Of a stretch of 64,000 nucleotides of DNA, positions 40,858-54,663 are shown in pieces. Source of the DNA: Eledone cirrhosa (lineage: Eukaryota); assembly GCA_964016885.1 (NCBI GenBank), contig OZ024743.1, positions 229,586,001-229,650,000 of the forward strand. The letters are read 5' to 3'. Position 1 is the first letter of the stretch. Each line of letters begins with the position of its first letter. Under the pieces are notes generated by a model. That model worked only from the letters and a program-made list of their open reading frames with translations. It was not told the origin of the DNA and searched no databases. The position numbers were made by a program, and so were the translations under genes.

Positions 40858-43467
40858 AATGGAAAAATTTGAACAGGAACAAAACAGAGAGGCAGTACAA
40901 CGAATATTTATTAATTTCACGCTCTGGAGAGTGGGGTGGTGGTGGGGAACGACGTTTCGGGCATAAGCCCTTCCTCAGGTGAGAAGTGTGTGGGAACAGA
41001 GTTCAAAGGGTGTGTAGGGGAGTGGTGGAGAGACATATAGCGAAAGGAAACGGTGCGAATGAAATTAAAAATAAAAATAAAAATAAAAATAAAGCATGAT
41101 CAAAATACAAGGAATGAAATAAAAATAAATATAAAAGCATGATCAAAATAAACTGAAATAAAAAGGGGGGTAAAACAGGTGGTGGAAGGGTGTGGGGTGT
41201 GTAGGGGAGTGGTGGCGGGTGGAGTGGGGAGAGGGAGACGGGGTGTCCGAGCGGGGAGGGCTGAAGGTGGTGTGTGTGTGTAGGTGTACGTGTGTGTGTG
41301 TGTGTGTGTGTGTGGATGTGAAAGTAAGGGTTGGGGGAAGAACGGGGTTGCATGTTCAGGAAGAGGTGTGTGTGTGTGGGTGGGGGTGGGGGGTTGTAGG
41401 TTGGAGTGTCTGTGCGTGTGTGGATAGAGGGATCGGGGGAGAGGAATCAGGAGGCTGAGGGTGTAAATATGTGGTGGAAAGCACGTGTGTGTGGGGTTTA
41501 AGCGCGTTGTGGGTGTAGGTGGCGTGTGGAGAAAAACATTTTTTTGGGGTGTGTGTGTGGGTGAGTTATATAGGTGGTTCCGTAAGAGGATGGTTGAAAA
41601 GTTGGTAAAATCCTATGGTGTTTAGTGGATTATGTGGTGGTCAAGTTCAGCATACGATTATTCCATGAAGAGATGGTCGGAAGAGGAGAGATGTGGGGTG
41701 CGTGCGCAACAGGAAGTGGTCAAGCAGTGGGAGTGCTGTGTGTCTGTTTGTGCTGGGAGGTGGTCAGAGGGCATAGCAGCAGTCGGTGGAATGGTAAAGG
41801 GGCGAGGATGGGTAGGTGTGAAAGTTGGAGTGAGGAGAGTGCGTGTGTGTGTATTAGTAGAGGTGTTAGTGGGATGAGTGAGTGTGGAGCGAGGGTGTGA
41901 GTGGAGCGGGGAGAGATGGGTGTGAGTAGTTCTATGGAGGGAGTGTGGTGTACTGGTGTGTGTGTAGTTTGATGAAGGGGTGTTAGTATACGGGAGGTGG
42001 GGAAGGGTTGAATGCAGGTGTGAGTGGGGGTTAGTGGTGGTAGGGTGTGTAGAGTTGGTGGTGCACGAGGGTGTGTGGGTACGTGTGCGTGAGGGTTGGG
42101 GGGTGTTAGTGATGTTAGTTGCGTGTGGGGTGGGGGGTGTAAGTGGGTGCGTGTGTTCGTGTGCTTGGGGTCACGGGGTGTTAGTGAGGTTAGTTGCGGG
42201 GTGGTGAGATGGAAGTGTGGGGGTGAGGGTTAGTGGTGGTAGTAGGGTGTGTGTATAGTGTGAGCGCGTGTATATATGTGCCGGTGGGTGTGTGCGTGTG
42301 ATAAGGAGGGCGGAAGGAGGAGAAGAAGGGAGGGATGTTAGTATGTTAGTTGGGGAAGGGTGGTCGGATGAGGGGTGGATTGGAGGTGTTAGTATTGTTA
42401 GTTGTGGGGTGGGCGGTGAAAAGGAGGGGTGTGTTAGTGGTGTTAGTGGGGGATAAGTGTGGGGGGAGGGGGGCGGTCGATGGCTAAAAGAATGAGGGTG
42501 GGGAGTTCAGGCCGGGGGGAGTGTGGGTCTGTAAGATGAAGATAGTTCTTTGTTCGACTCTAAGGCGATTGGCGGGTGTTCCGTGGCATTGGAGTAGGCC
42601 ACAGACTGTGAGATGGCGTGCGGAATGTCCAGGGCCACCAAAGTGGCGGGCGATGGGGGAACTACCACCGAGACGAATATCCCAGAGGTGCTCAGTGAAT
42701 CGGTCCGCCAGGCGACGTCCCGTCTGTCCGACATAAGTCGTAGACTAGGTTGGAGGAGGTGCAGCGGAAGGCATGCCGGACAGAGAGTGGCCGTTGGGAC
42801 CCTGGAAGGTGGTGGTGTTGGTGATGTGGGGACAGGTGTTGCAGCGGGGCCTAGAACAGGGAAAGGAACCGGGTGGGTGGGAACAGAGCGTGGGTTGGGG
42901 GGTAGGGAGCTGTGGACGAGGAGGGTGCGGAGATTGCGTGCGCGTTTGAAGGAGGGGAGTGGTGGGGTTGGGAAGATGTGGGAGGTGGAGGGGTCGGACT
43001 GGAGGCGTCGGAAGAGGCGGCGGATGGTGCGGTGGAGGGGTAAGGTGATGGGGAAGGGGAGACGGCGGGTGTGTGTGCGGTGGCGTGGGGTGAGGGTGGT
43101 GGAGCGGTGGACAGCACGGGCGCGGGTGAGAGCGGTGTGGACGAGAGAGGAGGAGTAACCTCTGCGGATGGAATAGCTGACTAGGGAAATGGCCTGGGAC
43201 TCGAAGTCAGCATCTCGGCTACAGAGGCGGCGGATCCTGAGAAGTTGGGAGTAGGGAATGGAGTGTTTAGTGTGAGGTGGGTGGGAAGAGGTGAAGTCGA
43301 GGTAAGAGTGGGAGTCGGTGGGTTTGAAGAAGGCGGAGGTGACGAGGGAGTGGTGCGAGGGGTCGAAGGCGACGGAGATGTCTAAAAAGTGGAAATGGGT
43401 GGTGGAGATAGAGGTGGTGAAGTGGAGGGAGGGGTGGAAGGAGCAGAATAAGGAGAGAAAGGAGTCG

Positions 43468-43468
<1 letters not shown>
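40858..43468 (-). mobile_element. Second copy of Penelope family D, with a canonical hammerhead at ~40948-40980
   Basis: Colinear reverse complement of ~12370-15037; CTGAGGA-agggc-ttat-gccc-GAAAcgtc. Confidence 0.9.
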
Positions 43469-43525
<57 letters not shown>

Positions 43526-44064
43526 GTGTGTGTGTACCTACATAATGGTTTATATTTTAACTTTGCATTACACACTTTTCCTTTCTCGTCATCCCATATA
43601 CATCTGCATATCGAGGTTTTAAGCTTTTGTATTTATTTAGTATTTATCGTTATTCTAACTCTTATCTTATATATATTTTTTTATCCTCTCAGACTCTCCC
43701 TCTTTCTTTTTAACATTTATTTATTTATTTATTTATATATTTATTTATTAAATCATTTATTGATTTATTGGAAACAATCCAGAATATTCCTCGACGTTTT
43801 TTGTATGAGTTCTATACTGTACAACAACTACCACACTCATATATACCATATTTTGATTTGTTTTGGGGTCTGTTTTTATTTTCATATTTGGATGTATTTG
43901 TAAATTTAGTTTTGCCTTTGTTTTGTTCTTTATTTATTTGTTTCAGTTATTATTATTTTTTTTTTTTTCATTTCACTTTGCTGAGAGAAAAATGTTTAGG
44001 GTCCACTGGATTCGGAATCCTCTACTGTTCTGTCTTTCTGTTACACATATTGATTGAAGGGACA

Positions 44065-44066
<2 letters not shown>

Positions 44067-44113
<47 letters not shown>
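44067..44113. repeat. (TAA)n microsatellite at the left edge of the LINE nest
   Basis: Read directly. Confidence 0.95.
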
Positions 44114-47100
44114 TAGGGAAGAAGACGCACGAGGTGACGGAGGTCATGAAATCGCTCCCGTAAGTTTTGAATATTTAACATATTTAAATCATTTGTGAAA
44201 TAACAACTCTTAGTACAAATGCTACGTAAAGCACCCGGCTTGAACCCCAAAAAATTCGGACCCAAAATATATTGTTATAAGGCTCAAATATTCAAATATT
44301 CAACATTGTATTGTACACTGTATATCCAAAAAAAAAAATGGCTATAAATGGAAGAAGAAGAACCCCCCCCCCTCTCCTCTGGCTACACTATATAGGACAG
44401 CTAAACTCACCAACACCAGAAACTAGATACACCACCCACCCCATCATCTGTGTACACTAAACACAACAGCATTTTCACCTTCACCGCCACCGCTCACTAC
44501 GGCCATCATTACCACCACTATCCCATCACCGCCGCCACCACCCCTTGACTCCTTCACTGCTGCTGCCACCGCTACAGCACCATCACTACAGTAATACGGT
44601 CGCATCACCGCCACCACTGCCTCGGTATCGACATCACCACCACCACTGTCTCAGTATCGCCAACGCCGCCAGTCTCCCACTTCTCCCTGCTGGCTGCTAC
44701 TTCCACATTATAGAATTCCTACTACTAACAAAGAGGAAGGCATCAAAATATATAGATAGACTCAAAAGAAAAAAGAAAAAACAAACAACAAAACCAAAGC
44801 AGCACAGCAACAACAGCAAAAAACGAGAAAAACAAACAGAGAAAAACAAAAACAAAAAAAGAAACCCCAAAAACGTAAAGAAAATAAGAATGAAGAGAGA
44901 AGCAGGCGGACGGACAGAGAAGAGGGGGGAAAAAGTAAAACTTAAAAAACAAAAACTAAGTCAGACATTCGAATACTACATTACAATGAAACTTATGCTT
45001 ATTCATTTTTGGGGCCCTTTCTGCCCGTGTGTTTGTTTGTTTATGTGTGTTCGTATACAGCGTGGTGATAATGCCACACAAGGGCCAAGTGGGATGGCGG
45101 ATCCACAGATGGCTATGTAAACATACATTCGCCAATCCTCGATAAGAGTGTTTAAATATCGAACATAAACAGTTCGAATAACGGTGAAATGGAGACTAGA
45201 ACGTCATGTGACAGACTCTCACCCAACAGGTGCCCCCTGGCTCAGCAGCAGGAACCTGACTGTCAACCAAATACTGCTGATGTTGGAGGAAGAAGAAGAA
45301 GGAAAGGGGCCAGAACCAACTGGACGAAAGAATTGAATAGAACTGTTATGCAATGCTACCTGAAAAGTAACCCCAAGGAGAGGGGCTACAGGAGACGGAT
45401 GCATAACATCTGGAACGAGATTGGTTTATTTAAATTAGATGAACAAAAATTGGCCGGGCAGGCTCGGGTAATAAGAACTAATGGGTGGATAAGCGAGCTG
45501 GAACTGGAGGAACTGAGCAGAGAGAATGGCTTGGAGATGGCGGGTGTAGTATGCCAGACAAGCGAGCCGGTGGGAAATGAAGGTGAGGAGGTCCTGAGAA
45601 CGGAGGAACCACCCGAAGCAGACAATGATCTGAATACTGAGATAAATAATACCTGGAACAGAGATACGGCCACTGAGGAGATGAATGCTGACGGGCTAGG
45701 ACAAGATTCGGTTGACATCCTAAATTTAGTGGTAGATGAATTGAACAATGATAGTGGGAGACCTATGAACCTAAGATTTGTAGACAGGAAAAAGTTAAAA
45801 GAAACAACAGCTAAGGTAAACAAATCATCCCATACCTTGAGGCGAGGAGTCTTCACCAGTGCAACAATATCCTCAAAGCAACAGCAAATACGGTGAGGAA
45901 ACTACTTGGTATAAAAGCGAGAGGAAACAACAGACAAGAAAGAGCAGAGCCGTGGTGGAAGAAGCGACTGAGTGGGCAAATCGGGGAAATGAGAAATGAC
46001 ATAGGAAAGCTTGAGTCACTACTGAATGGGACACTAAAAAACATAGGCACTAAAAATAGACTGGAAATAAAATACAAAACTAGGAGTAAAAAGCTAAATA
46101 TTATCATAGAGGAATTGAAGCAACGCATTGTAGCAAAGAGTGCCAAAATCAGGCGATACGAGAACAGAGTCAGTCAGTATAAACAGAACCGCATGTTTGA
46201 CAACAACCAGAAGATGCTGTTTGGACAGCTTGAGGGGAAAGAAAGAGGCAACGACTTGATCCCTGGGGCGGAACAAGCTAAAACATTCCGGAGAGGAATA
46301 TGGGAGCAGGATGTTAGACACAATGCCCAGGCAGGGTGGATTGAGACAGTACAGAGGGAGATCGGTGAGCAGGCACAACAACAGACTGATTTGAGTATCA
46401 CAGTTGAAACTCTTAAGGGGCAAGCCAAAAAACTAACCAATTGGAAATCACCAGGCCCAGATGGTGTGCAGGGGTATTGGATTAAACATTTAACATCCCT
46501 CCACCCGAAGCTGACGGCCATGTTCAATGACTGCTTGGTGTCGGGTGAGGTGCCAGAGTGGTTGACAAAAGGTACCACAGTTCTGATAATGAAAGACCGA
46601 ATCAAGGGTAATGATGTTACCAACTATAGACCTATCACATGTCTGCCCGTAATGTGGAAACTGTTGACGAGCATTGTGTCTGAGGAAATCTACCATCACC
46701 TCCACACAAACAACTTGCTACCGGACGAACAGAAAGGATGCCGAAAGAAGTCACGTGGTACAAAGGACCAGTTGCTTATTGATAAGATGGTAATGGGGAA
46801 TTGCAGGAGGAGACACACTGATCTTGCCATGGGATGGATAGACTACAGAAAGGCATTTGACATGGTGACTCATTCCTGGATCACCAAAAGCCTGGAGATC
46901 TTCAGGGTGGCAGATAACATCAGACAGTTGCTGGGCAGGAGTATGGAGTCCTGGGAGACAGAGTTGACATCAACTGGAGTATCCTTGGGAAGCGTGAAGA
47001 TCAAGAGAGGTATCTTCCAGGGAGATAGCCTGTCCCCTCTGTTGTTTGTCCTTGCCCTGATGCCCTTGACCATTATGCTGCGAAAAGTGAGAGCAGGATA

Positions 47101-48653
47101 CAAGTTGGGAAGGGGAGAGCTTACCATCAATCACCTCCTCTTCATGGACGATCTTAAGCTCTTCGGGAAAAGTGAGAAGGAGTTGGATGTGCTTGTTGAC
47201 ACTGTCCGTATTTTCAGCAGTGATATATGTATGCAGTTTGGTATTGGTAAATGTGGAGTCATTGTGATGAAGAGGGGTAGGTTGAGCAGAAGTAACGGGA
47301 TCCAGATACCAACAGGTGAGATGATAAAGGAAATTGACTCTGAGGAAGGATACAAGTATTTGGGCGTTCTGGAGGCTGATGGCATAAAGAACAAAAACAT
47401 GAAGGAATTGTTAAGAACTGAATACATTCGGAGAGTAAGGAGCGTATTGAAGTCACATCTGAACAGCAGAAATGCCATAAGCGCAGTAAATTCCCGAGCT
47501 GTGTCTATTATTAGGTACAGTGCGGGAATTCTGAGATGGAATGTTGCTGAACAAAAAGAAATGGATAGGAAGACTAGGAAGCTATTGACTATCTACAACA
47601 TGTTCCACAAGAGGAGTGATATCGATAGACTCTACCTAAGGAGATCTGAGGGTGGAAGAGGTCTTATCAGCATAGAGGACTGTGTTCAGATGGAGAAAAA
47701 CAACCTATACAAATACGTGACCTATAGTAAGGAGCCAATGCTCAGAACTGTACTGAAGGAGGGGACAGTAGGCCAGGGGATGTCCAAGGAGGAAATAACA
47801 TCAAGGAGGAAGAGCAGCCTTAAGGGAAAATCCCTTCATAGTACCTTCTTTGAGAAAACTGAATTTAGAAATCCACAGACATGGAACTGGTTGAGAAGAG
47901 GAGACCTCAAAAAGGCTACAGAAGGAATGCTAATGGCTGCGCAGGAGCCATTAGCAAACGAAGTGGTTGAAGCACCATATCTACAAGGAGGAGGCTAGCC
48001 CACTGTGCAGGATCTGTGGAGAGAGAGAGGAGACTGTGGCTCACATTGTGTCCGAGTGTAAACACCTAGCCCAGACCCACTATAAGGGCTGGAGACACGA
48101 TGTGATGGGCAGGGTGATCCACTGGCACCTGTGCAAAGTAAACAATCTACCACATTCTGAGAAATGGTATGAGCATAGGCCAGAGGCGGTGATGGAGAAC
48201 AGTCAGGTGAAGGTGCTGTGGGATTTTAGGATACAGACGGACAAAAAACTGGAACACAATAGACCTGACCTGGTGGTTGTGGACAAAGAAAAAAGATCGT
48301 GCCTGATTGTGGATGTGGCCTGCCCGTTCGACACGAGAGTGCAAGAGAAGGAGAGGGAGAAAATTAACCGATACCAGGACCTAAAGTGGGAGGTGAAAAG
48401 GATTTGGAACTGCCATGAAGTCAAAGTGATCCCGATTGTCATAGGGGCACTGGGGACTATCTCCAAAGGTTTCCAGGGATGGTTAAAGAAAATCGGCCCC
48501 TTCACGCTTTTTGGAACGCTTCAAAAGGCATGCTTGCTTGGAACAGCAAGAACCCTCCGATACGTCCTGAATATCTGAGGCTGCAGGTAGTGGCTTGATA
48601 TTCAATCCAATGGACTTTCCAGTTAACCAACATCAATGACTGAGATTCAAGGA
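44114..48653 (+). mobile_element. R4/Dong-clade non-LTR retrotransposon, near full length; 5' boundary uncertain
   Basis: Single-ORF architecture with RT, CCHC and restriction-like endonuclease. It is bounded by TAA repeats, the known Dong target. Confidence 0.85.
45189..48578 (+). pseudogene. R4/Dong ORF (N-terminal domain, RT, zinc knuckle, RLE) with two frameshifts (~45835, ~47945)
   Basis: Motifs: WTKELNRTVMQCY, WKSPGPDG, NYRPITCL, WIDYRKAFD, GIFQGDSLSP, LFMDDLKL, CRICGEREETVAHIVSEC, RHD, RPDLVVVDK...IVDVACP...EKINRYQDL. Confidence 0.95.
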
Positions 48654-48931
48654 ATAACAATAACAATAATAATAATAATGATTTCTTTATTAACCACAAG
48701 GGTTTACATAAAGTAGACATTAAGGACAGTGCAGGACAATACAGGACAGTACAAATGGGCATTTCTGCGTGTAAAAAACAAAAACAGAGGATGTAACAAA
48801 AAAAATAACAATGAAAAATTCCCCAACAGGGGGGAGACTTCGGAGGGACATTTGTGGAGAAAGCCCAGTAAAAGGCCACAGTGACCCTGACCACCAAGGC
48901 AAGTGCCCTCTCCCAGTTTTCCACCTTTAAT

Positions 48932-51900
48932 TTACAGATACGTACTCAGAGTAGGCCCATTCACTCGGGCCATTCTTGCCTCTCTCACCCATCTTTCAAC
49001 AAAATGCTGGGAAGAGAGCACTTCCCTCTCTACTCTGATTTTCCTTTTCAAATGAAATTTGAAAAAGTCAATCAAGGCATCACCGAAGAGGTAAGTGCCT
49101 GTCTAGAGCCTTTTCAAACGTGTCCACCATACTATCTCTTTCGCCATGGTCACCAGACAGATAAAAATTGCCTGCCCTTCCCGGCTAAAGGAAGAGGGTG
49201 GGGCAATCCTCACAATGGACTCAGATGATAGCCGGATCCGTCCTACACGCGACAGCAGGTGTTCGACATAAACCCACAAGTCAGCAATTTTCGGACACTG
49301 GACGAGTGCGTGCAGGACGGTTTCGTCGCCCTGCGCGCATGTCGGACATGCCTGGCTGACGGCACCTCCATGCCTGTAGAGTTTATCCCGAACGGTAGAA
49401 CTGCCAGGCCAGAGATTTCTGGAAGTTGTCCGTAGGTCCCGACCCGAAAGTTCTTCCGAAGAGATTGGCTAGTTGATTTTCGTCGACGCCTAGAGTTTCC
49501 CCAAGTACGTCGTCGCTCTTCCCCTCCACTAATCCTCTATAGAACGCCGAGGTGGAGTTTCCACCGATCACATTGCCCGATTGGTCGAGGGCTGTGAGAG
49601 CCTGAAGACATTCCAGTCTCCAGGCGCTCCCTCTCGGTCTTCGCATGACCCAGGACTGCAGCTCCGTCAAAGAAATGAGCTGGGGAAAGACGCGTCTAGC
49701 AAACGGCGACCACACCTGATCACCGTCGAGGAAGAGGTGGAGATGTCGTAGCCTGAGCGCGTGTCCGCGCATCATCAGCCACGGCATGCCCAGCCCTCCA
49801 CGTAGCGGGTGTTGACAGCAGATGGACCGCCTGACGATCGGAGCGCGTCCCTTCCACAAAAAGCGAAAGAGCAAACGCTCCAGCGCAGTCAGGCGGGGCT
49901 TAGGACAAGGTACGACGGTTAGGCGGTAGCAGATGACAGACGCGATGTACGCGTTAGCCACCTCCGCTCCACCCATTTCTGGGTGAGAGAAGCCACCCTG
50001 CTCGTCACCTCGTCCCAGGTTTTGTCCGTCTGGACATCCGGACCGAATCAGACCCCTAGAAATTTAACCGGTCCGTCCGTCCAGCGTCCGACGACGCTGT
50101 TGGACGGCATGGACCTGCCTCTGCAGGTGACGAGCTGCAGGCCCACTGACTTTTCCTGGTTGATCATTGCTCCTATCACCGCTTCGTATTCTCTTAGTGT
50201 AGTGACGATCGCCACGATGTGTTTGGCGTTCGACACCACTACGGTGACATCGTCCGCATATGCTGACACGGATCTTCCGCATCCTAGTTCGCGCGGGACG
50301 CCCCTCAACGTCTCCAGTTTGTGCAGTAATGGCTCGAGAGTCAATACGTACAAGAGGGACGAGAGGGGACATCCTTGGCGGACCGAGCGCATGATGTTGA
50401 GCGTTTCCAAAAGGTGACCGTTCACTCTCACCACAGAGCAGATGTCGCTGTGCATGGCAGCGATCCAGCCTCTAAAGACGGGCCCAAAGCCAGCCGCCCT
50501 CAGGACTGCCGCTAGGTAACGATGGTTGACCCTATCGAAAGCTTTCGACTGATCTAAATTGATCAAGGTCCCACCCGTGCCACGTTCCCTAGCTACCCTC
50601 TCTACGATGTATCCCATGAGGTGGAGGTTGTCGTGGATGGATCTGTAGGGAATGGCGCATGTCTGCACCTCTCCCACCAGACCACCAACGACAAGCGCCA
50701 ACCTCTTTGCTAGCACCTTGGCCAAAATCTTGAACTCAGTGTTTAGCAGAGTTATGGGCCTGAAATTATCTATGTTATCCCCCTTGTACGGATCCTTTCT
50801 CAGCAGTGCCACCGCTCCTCGGCTCACAGAACTGGGAATTCTCCCGTTCTGTTGCCAGTTGCAGTAAACGTCCGCCAAGAGGCCTCCGAACAAGTCTAGC
50901 ATCTGTACGTAAAGTTCATAGAGCAGACCATCCAAACCAGGCGATTTACCCCTTGTGCAGCCAGTCATTGCCTCCCGTACTTCAGCGGCTGTTATCGGCT
51001 TTTCGCAACATTCCGCCTCAGTGGCCGAGAGCCGCGGCAGTCCTTCGAGGTAGACACTAAAGTCCATCCCTCGACACTAAAGTCGCACCGCTGCCCCCGA
51101 ACAGCTGAGCGAAGTGTCGCTGAAAAGCTTCACATATTTGCCCGGGATCGAGTAGCATACGCCCGTCGTGGTCAACCAAAGACCGGATCGTGGATTTGTT
51201 GCCACGACGCGCCCCGCCACTCGGGCCCATTGAACGGCTTTCATCCCCTCGTGTCTGAGAGCACGCACCCTAGCTCTGACAACGCAGCCTTCGTGCTTTG
51301 CATTGAAGAATTGGTCAAGGGCAAATTTCGCTGCAAGCACGTCGGTCGCGATGCCTTTGCTAAGCGCCTCATCTAATTTTCTAACTAGTTCTCCCTCTGC
51401 TCTATTTTTCTCTATTTCTAAAGCCTTACTAAACCTAATGGATTCTATTCTAATCGCTCTTTCAGAGCAAACCACCACTTGTTGTTGACGATGGCCCCCG
51501 TCAACGCCCGCTTAACTAGTTCGCTAATCCGGTCTCTGTAGACCTTGCGCGCTGGTAAGGACGCGTTTAGCTTCCAGTAGCAGGGTCCTCGTCTATGAAG
51601 CCTATCTAAGTCAAACACACAGATCACGAATTTGTGGTCCGTGTAGCTGACTATCTTGAATTGTGGACAGCCTATGCTAGACCTATCTATTTCCCTACAA
51701 AATACTCTATCTAGATATGATCTGGATGACCCTATGCGATTTGTCCAAGTCCACATTGGCACATTCGGGAAATCCAATTGGTATCTATCAGACAGTTCAA
51801 AACGCCTGAGCAGGTTGGTCAGGCTCTTGCACCCTCCACCCCTATCCGTTAATCCCACACAAACCCAGCGTGCATCTAAGATCCCGTTCCAGTCGCCCAC

Positions 51901-52313
51901 TAACACTAAAGAGCGGGACGTTCCAAGAAAGGTCTCCAGACGCCGGAAGAAATCAGGCCGCCCTGCTCCTGTCGGGGCATAGACGGCCACTAGCCTGAAA
52001 GCTTGCCCGTCTCCGCTGGTCACGTCCAGAACCACCAACTTACCCTTGGGTCCAGGAAGATGGCCCGTATGGCGAGATCCAAACCTCTCCGAAAAAGCAC
52101 AGCAACTCCACCCCCCGATCCAGGACGGCTGGGAGATGCCTACACATCGTAGCCGCCGAAGATTGGTGCGAAGACCCGTGCTTCGGAGATTCTGGTCTCG
52201 CTGATGGCCACTACATCTATGTTTAGTGACCTAATGTCGTTGAGCAGGTGACCCTGCTTCCATGACGACCCCAAGCTACTCGCATTTATGCTGCCTATTC
52301 TGAGTGAGGTCAT
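48932..52313 (-). pseudogene. Tx1-like ORF2 (APE endonuclease plus RT), frameshifted and internally deleted
   Basis: ATG at 52313 (MTSLRIGSINAS...VVAISET); VYAP, VGDWN, SYLDR, YTDH, KSPGLDGL, LDQSKAFD, RQGCPLS, AYADD. Confidence 0.92.
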
Positions 52314-52347
52314 GTTTAAAATAGAGTGGAAAAGATGGGAAAGACCA

Positions 52348-54426
52348 CTTACCGTACTTTTCGTAGAGGAAGGATGGTTTTTCCATCCCTTTTCACTTGA
52401 TCGTCTGGTGAAGGGACCGTTGAATCGTCCCTTCGGCTGGTCGTCGGCTCTTCTATGAGTATGTCCGAATATACTCTCCGGTTGAGAGTCCCTCCTAGGT
52501 CTCTGAAATCACCAACTGCGTTGGGGAATTTCGTTTTAATGTTTGTGTATTGTTACTGCGCTATTTTTAGCAGTCTTATGTTTGTTGGCGTTTTGATTGG
52601 TGCTGGTATTATGTAGTCGTGCTGTGAAATGTCTGTGTGTTCAATTATGTAAGGCATTAGTTTCTTGTTGTGTGTATTTATTGCCGTGCATTTGTTTTTC
52701 TGGGGGTGGGGTGTGGTTCTGCTATTTTCATGTCGTTGTTGCTGGGTATGTGTGTTTTGTTGTTGTGTTTGCGATATTGGTGCTTGTGGTGGTGGTGTTG
52801 AAGGTGTTGTTGTTGTCGCCGGTGGTGATGGTGTTGGTGGTGTTGCTGCTGTGAGTCTCTTTGCAGTAGCCTTTACCTATTTTTCATTTCTTTCCTCCCT
52901 TTTCGAAGGCGACGATGCGCTGCTTCTACGTTTGTGCCTTCTTACGACCTTTTGGCATCCCTCTCCCACCTCACACTCCATGTCTCATTCGGTGAGGTCG
53001 ATGAGGGGTACAAGCTCCACTCTTTCACTTGTTGTTGTTGGTGATGTTTGCAGTGGAGTCTCTGTTGCAGCTGCATTTGGTATTACTGTTATTGTTGTTA
53101 ATACTTTCACTGCTGCTGCTGTTTTTGATTTCCTTGGAGTGGGTATGGGTGCCACGGATCTATCGTTCCTGGTTGCCGTTTGTCCTGTTGCTGGTAGCCG
53201 TGGAGCCGCTTTCGGAAGGCGGGGGGTTTTCTCCTTTCTCAGGGTCTTCTCGTTGCAGAAGGCCCAGAGGTGAGTCTTCGATCCACAGCGAAAGCATTTC
53301 GGGTGTTTGCCCTCAACACTTATGGGCAGTTGAGTGCTGTTATCGAAGTCTATCACATCCGGGATAGCTTCGATGCACTCCTGGTTGGTTTGGATTAATA
53401 TCTCAATGGAGGTGCCGACCCAATCTTCTATTACTTTTTTCTGTACTTGCAGTACAGTTGTTTTGTCCTCGATTCCGACGAGGACAGACGCGGCCAGCCA
53501 AGAAGGGGCCCTCCCGGGGGGGGGGGGGACGTGGGTCAGTTTGACCCTCACAATTTTTTGCCGGCAGTAGGAGGGCACCAACACCATTTCCTCGCTCCTT
53601 AGGGTCACTAAGGATTGAGCCTTTGCCTCCTGGGGCGTGGCAAAAAGCACGTCTACGGTGGCATATTTCATGCCTCGGGTGATGTGCGTTTTCCGCTGCC
53701 ACACAGACCCTAAGGCTTTTTGTATTTGAGCCTCTGTGGATCTTTCAACTCTACGGGATTTTGTGCTTACTGTATGGTACGTGACCGTACAGTGCTGTTG
53801 GGTTTCGAAAAATGTTTCGGCTGCCTTGCAGATTGCTCGGTGTCCGGTTTTCCTCACCATCTTCTTCGCTTCCTCTAATTCCTCATTTGTTATGAGGATG
53901 GTTTCCAGGTTCTTTGCGATGACTGCAAACGGGATTGGTTTTTCTTTGCTGCTGCTGTTGTTGTTGTTGTTGTCGTCAGAGCTGCTGTTACTTTTGTTGT
54001 TGCTGCAGGTACTACGATTACTGCCGCCGCCGCTGTTGCTGTGGTTGTTGTTGTTGTTGCTGTTGCTGCTAATGCTGTTGTTGTTTATGCTGCTGCTGCT
54101 ACTGTTGTTTTCCTTGTCACTGTTGCTGATGCAGCTGCTGTTATTACGGCTGCTACTGCTATTATTCATGACGTCAGACGAATGAAATGGGTTTTCGTAT
54201 TTCCCGCACACCTTTTTCGTCGTTGTCGTCGTCGTCGTGGAGAAATCTTGCACGCTTTCTACGTGATTTTTCTTTACTGGCGTCGCTTGCGAAAGAGATG
54301 GGAGGGAGAGAGACACATTTAGAGAAGGGAGGGAGAGAGACAATCTTCTCTCTGCTGTAGTGACGATTGAGGAAGAAGAAGACGAATGACTGGGAGTGAC
54401 CTATGAAAATTCTTTTTCGTAGCCAT
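52348..54426 (-). pseudogene. Tx1-like ORF1 (Gag-like, CCHC knuckle), frameshifted
   Basis: ORF 52985-54343 has CFRCGSKTHLWAFC and a low-complexity N-terminus; it is homologous to 61996-63978. Confidence 0.85.
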
Positions 54427-54663
54427 GTTTTTTTTTTTCGTTTAAAATAAATATTGGGCACAAATCCCCAACAAGCGCTTATTTAACCCGAAGGGCCAAA
54501 TAACGGGCAGAAAGACCCCTCTCACGAGGAGGAGGGTGTTTTTGTCTACAATTTGGTTAAAGTTTTAAACAATTTACAATTGTTATAGCGGTCAAAATTT
54601 ACAATACCTTACAGAGCCGAGCCTCCGTCAACCATAGCATTTAATAATAATAATAATAATAAT

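Larger units (their letters stand above)
48680..54640 (-). mobile_element. L1/Tx1-like LINE subfamily A, both ends present, degenerate
   Basis: 5' UTR, ORF1 with zinc knuckle, ORF2 with APE endonuclease, RT and C-terminal Cys motif, then AATAAA and (ATT)n. TAA repeats lie at both ends. Confidence 0.93.

Noticed and set aside
44545-45120. 191-aa Lys-rich ORF as a host gene
   Set aside because: It is low-complexity sequence inside a retroelement leader, with a non-ATG start.
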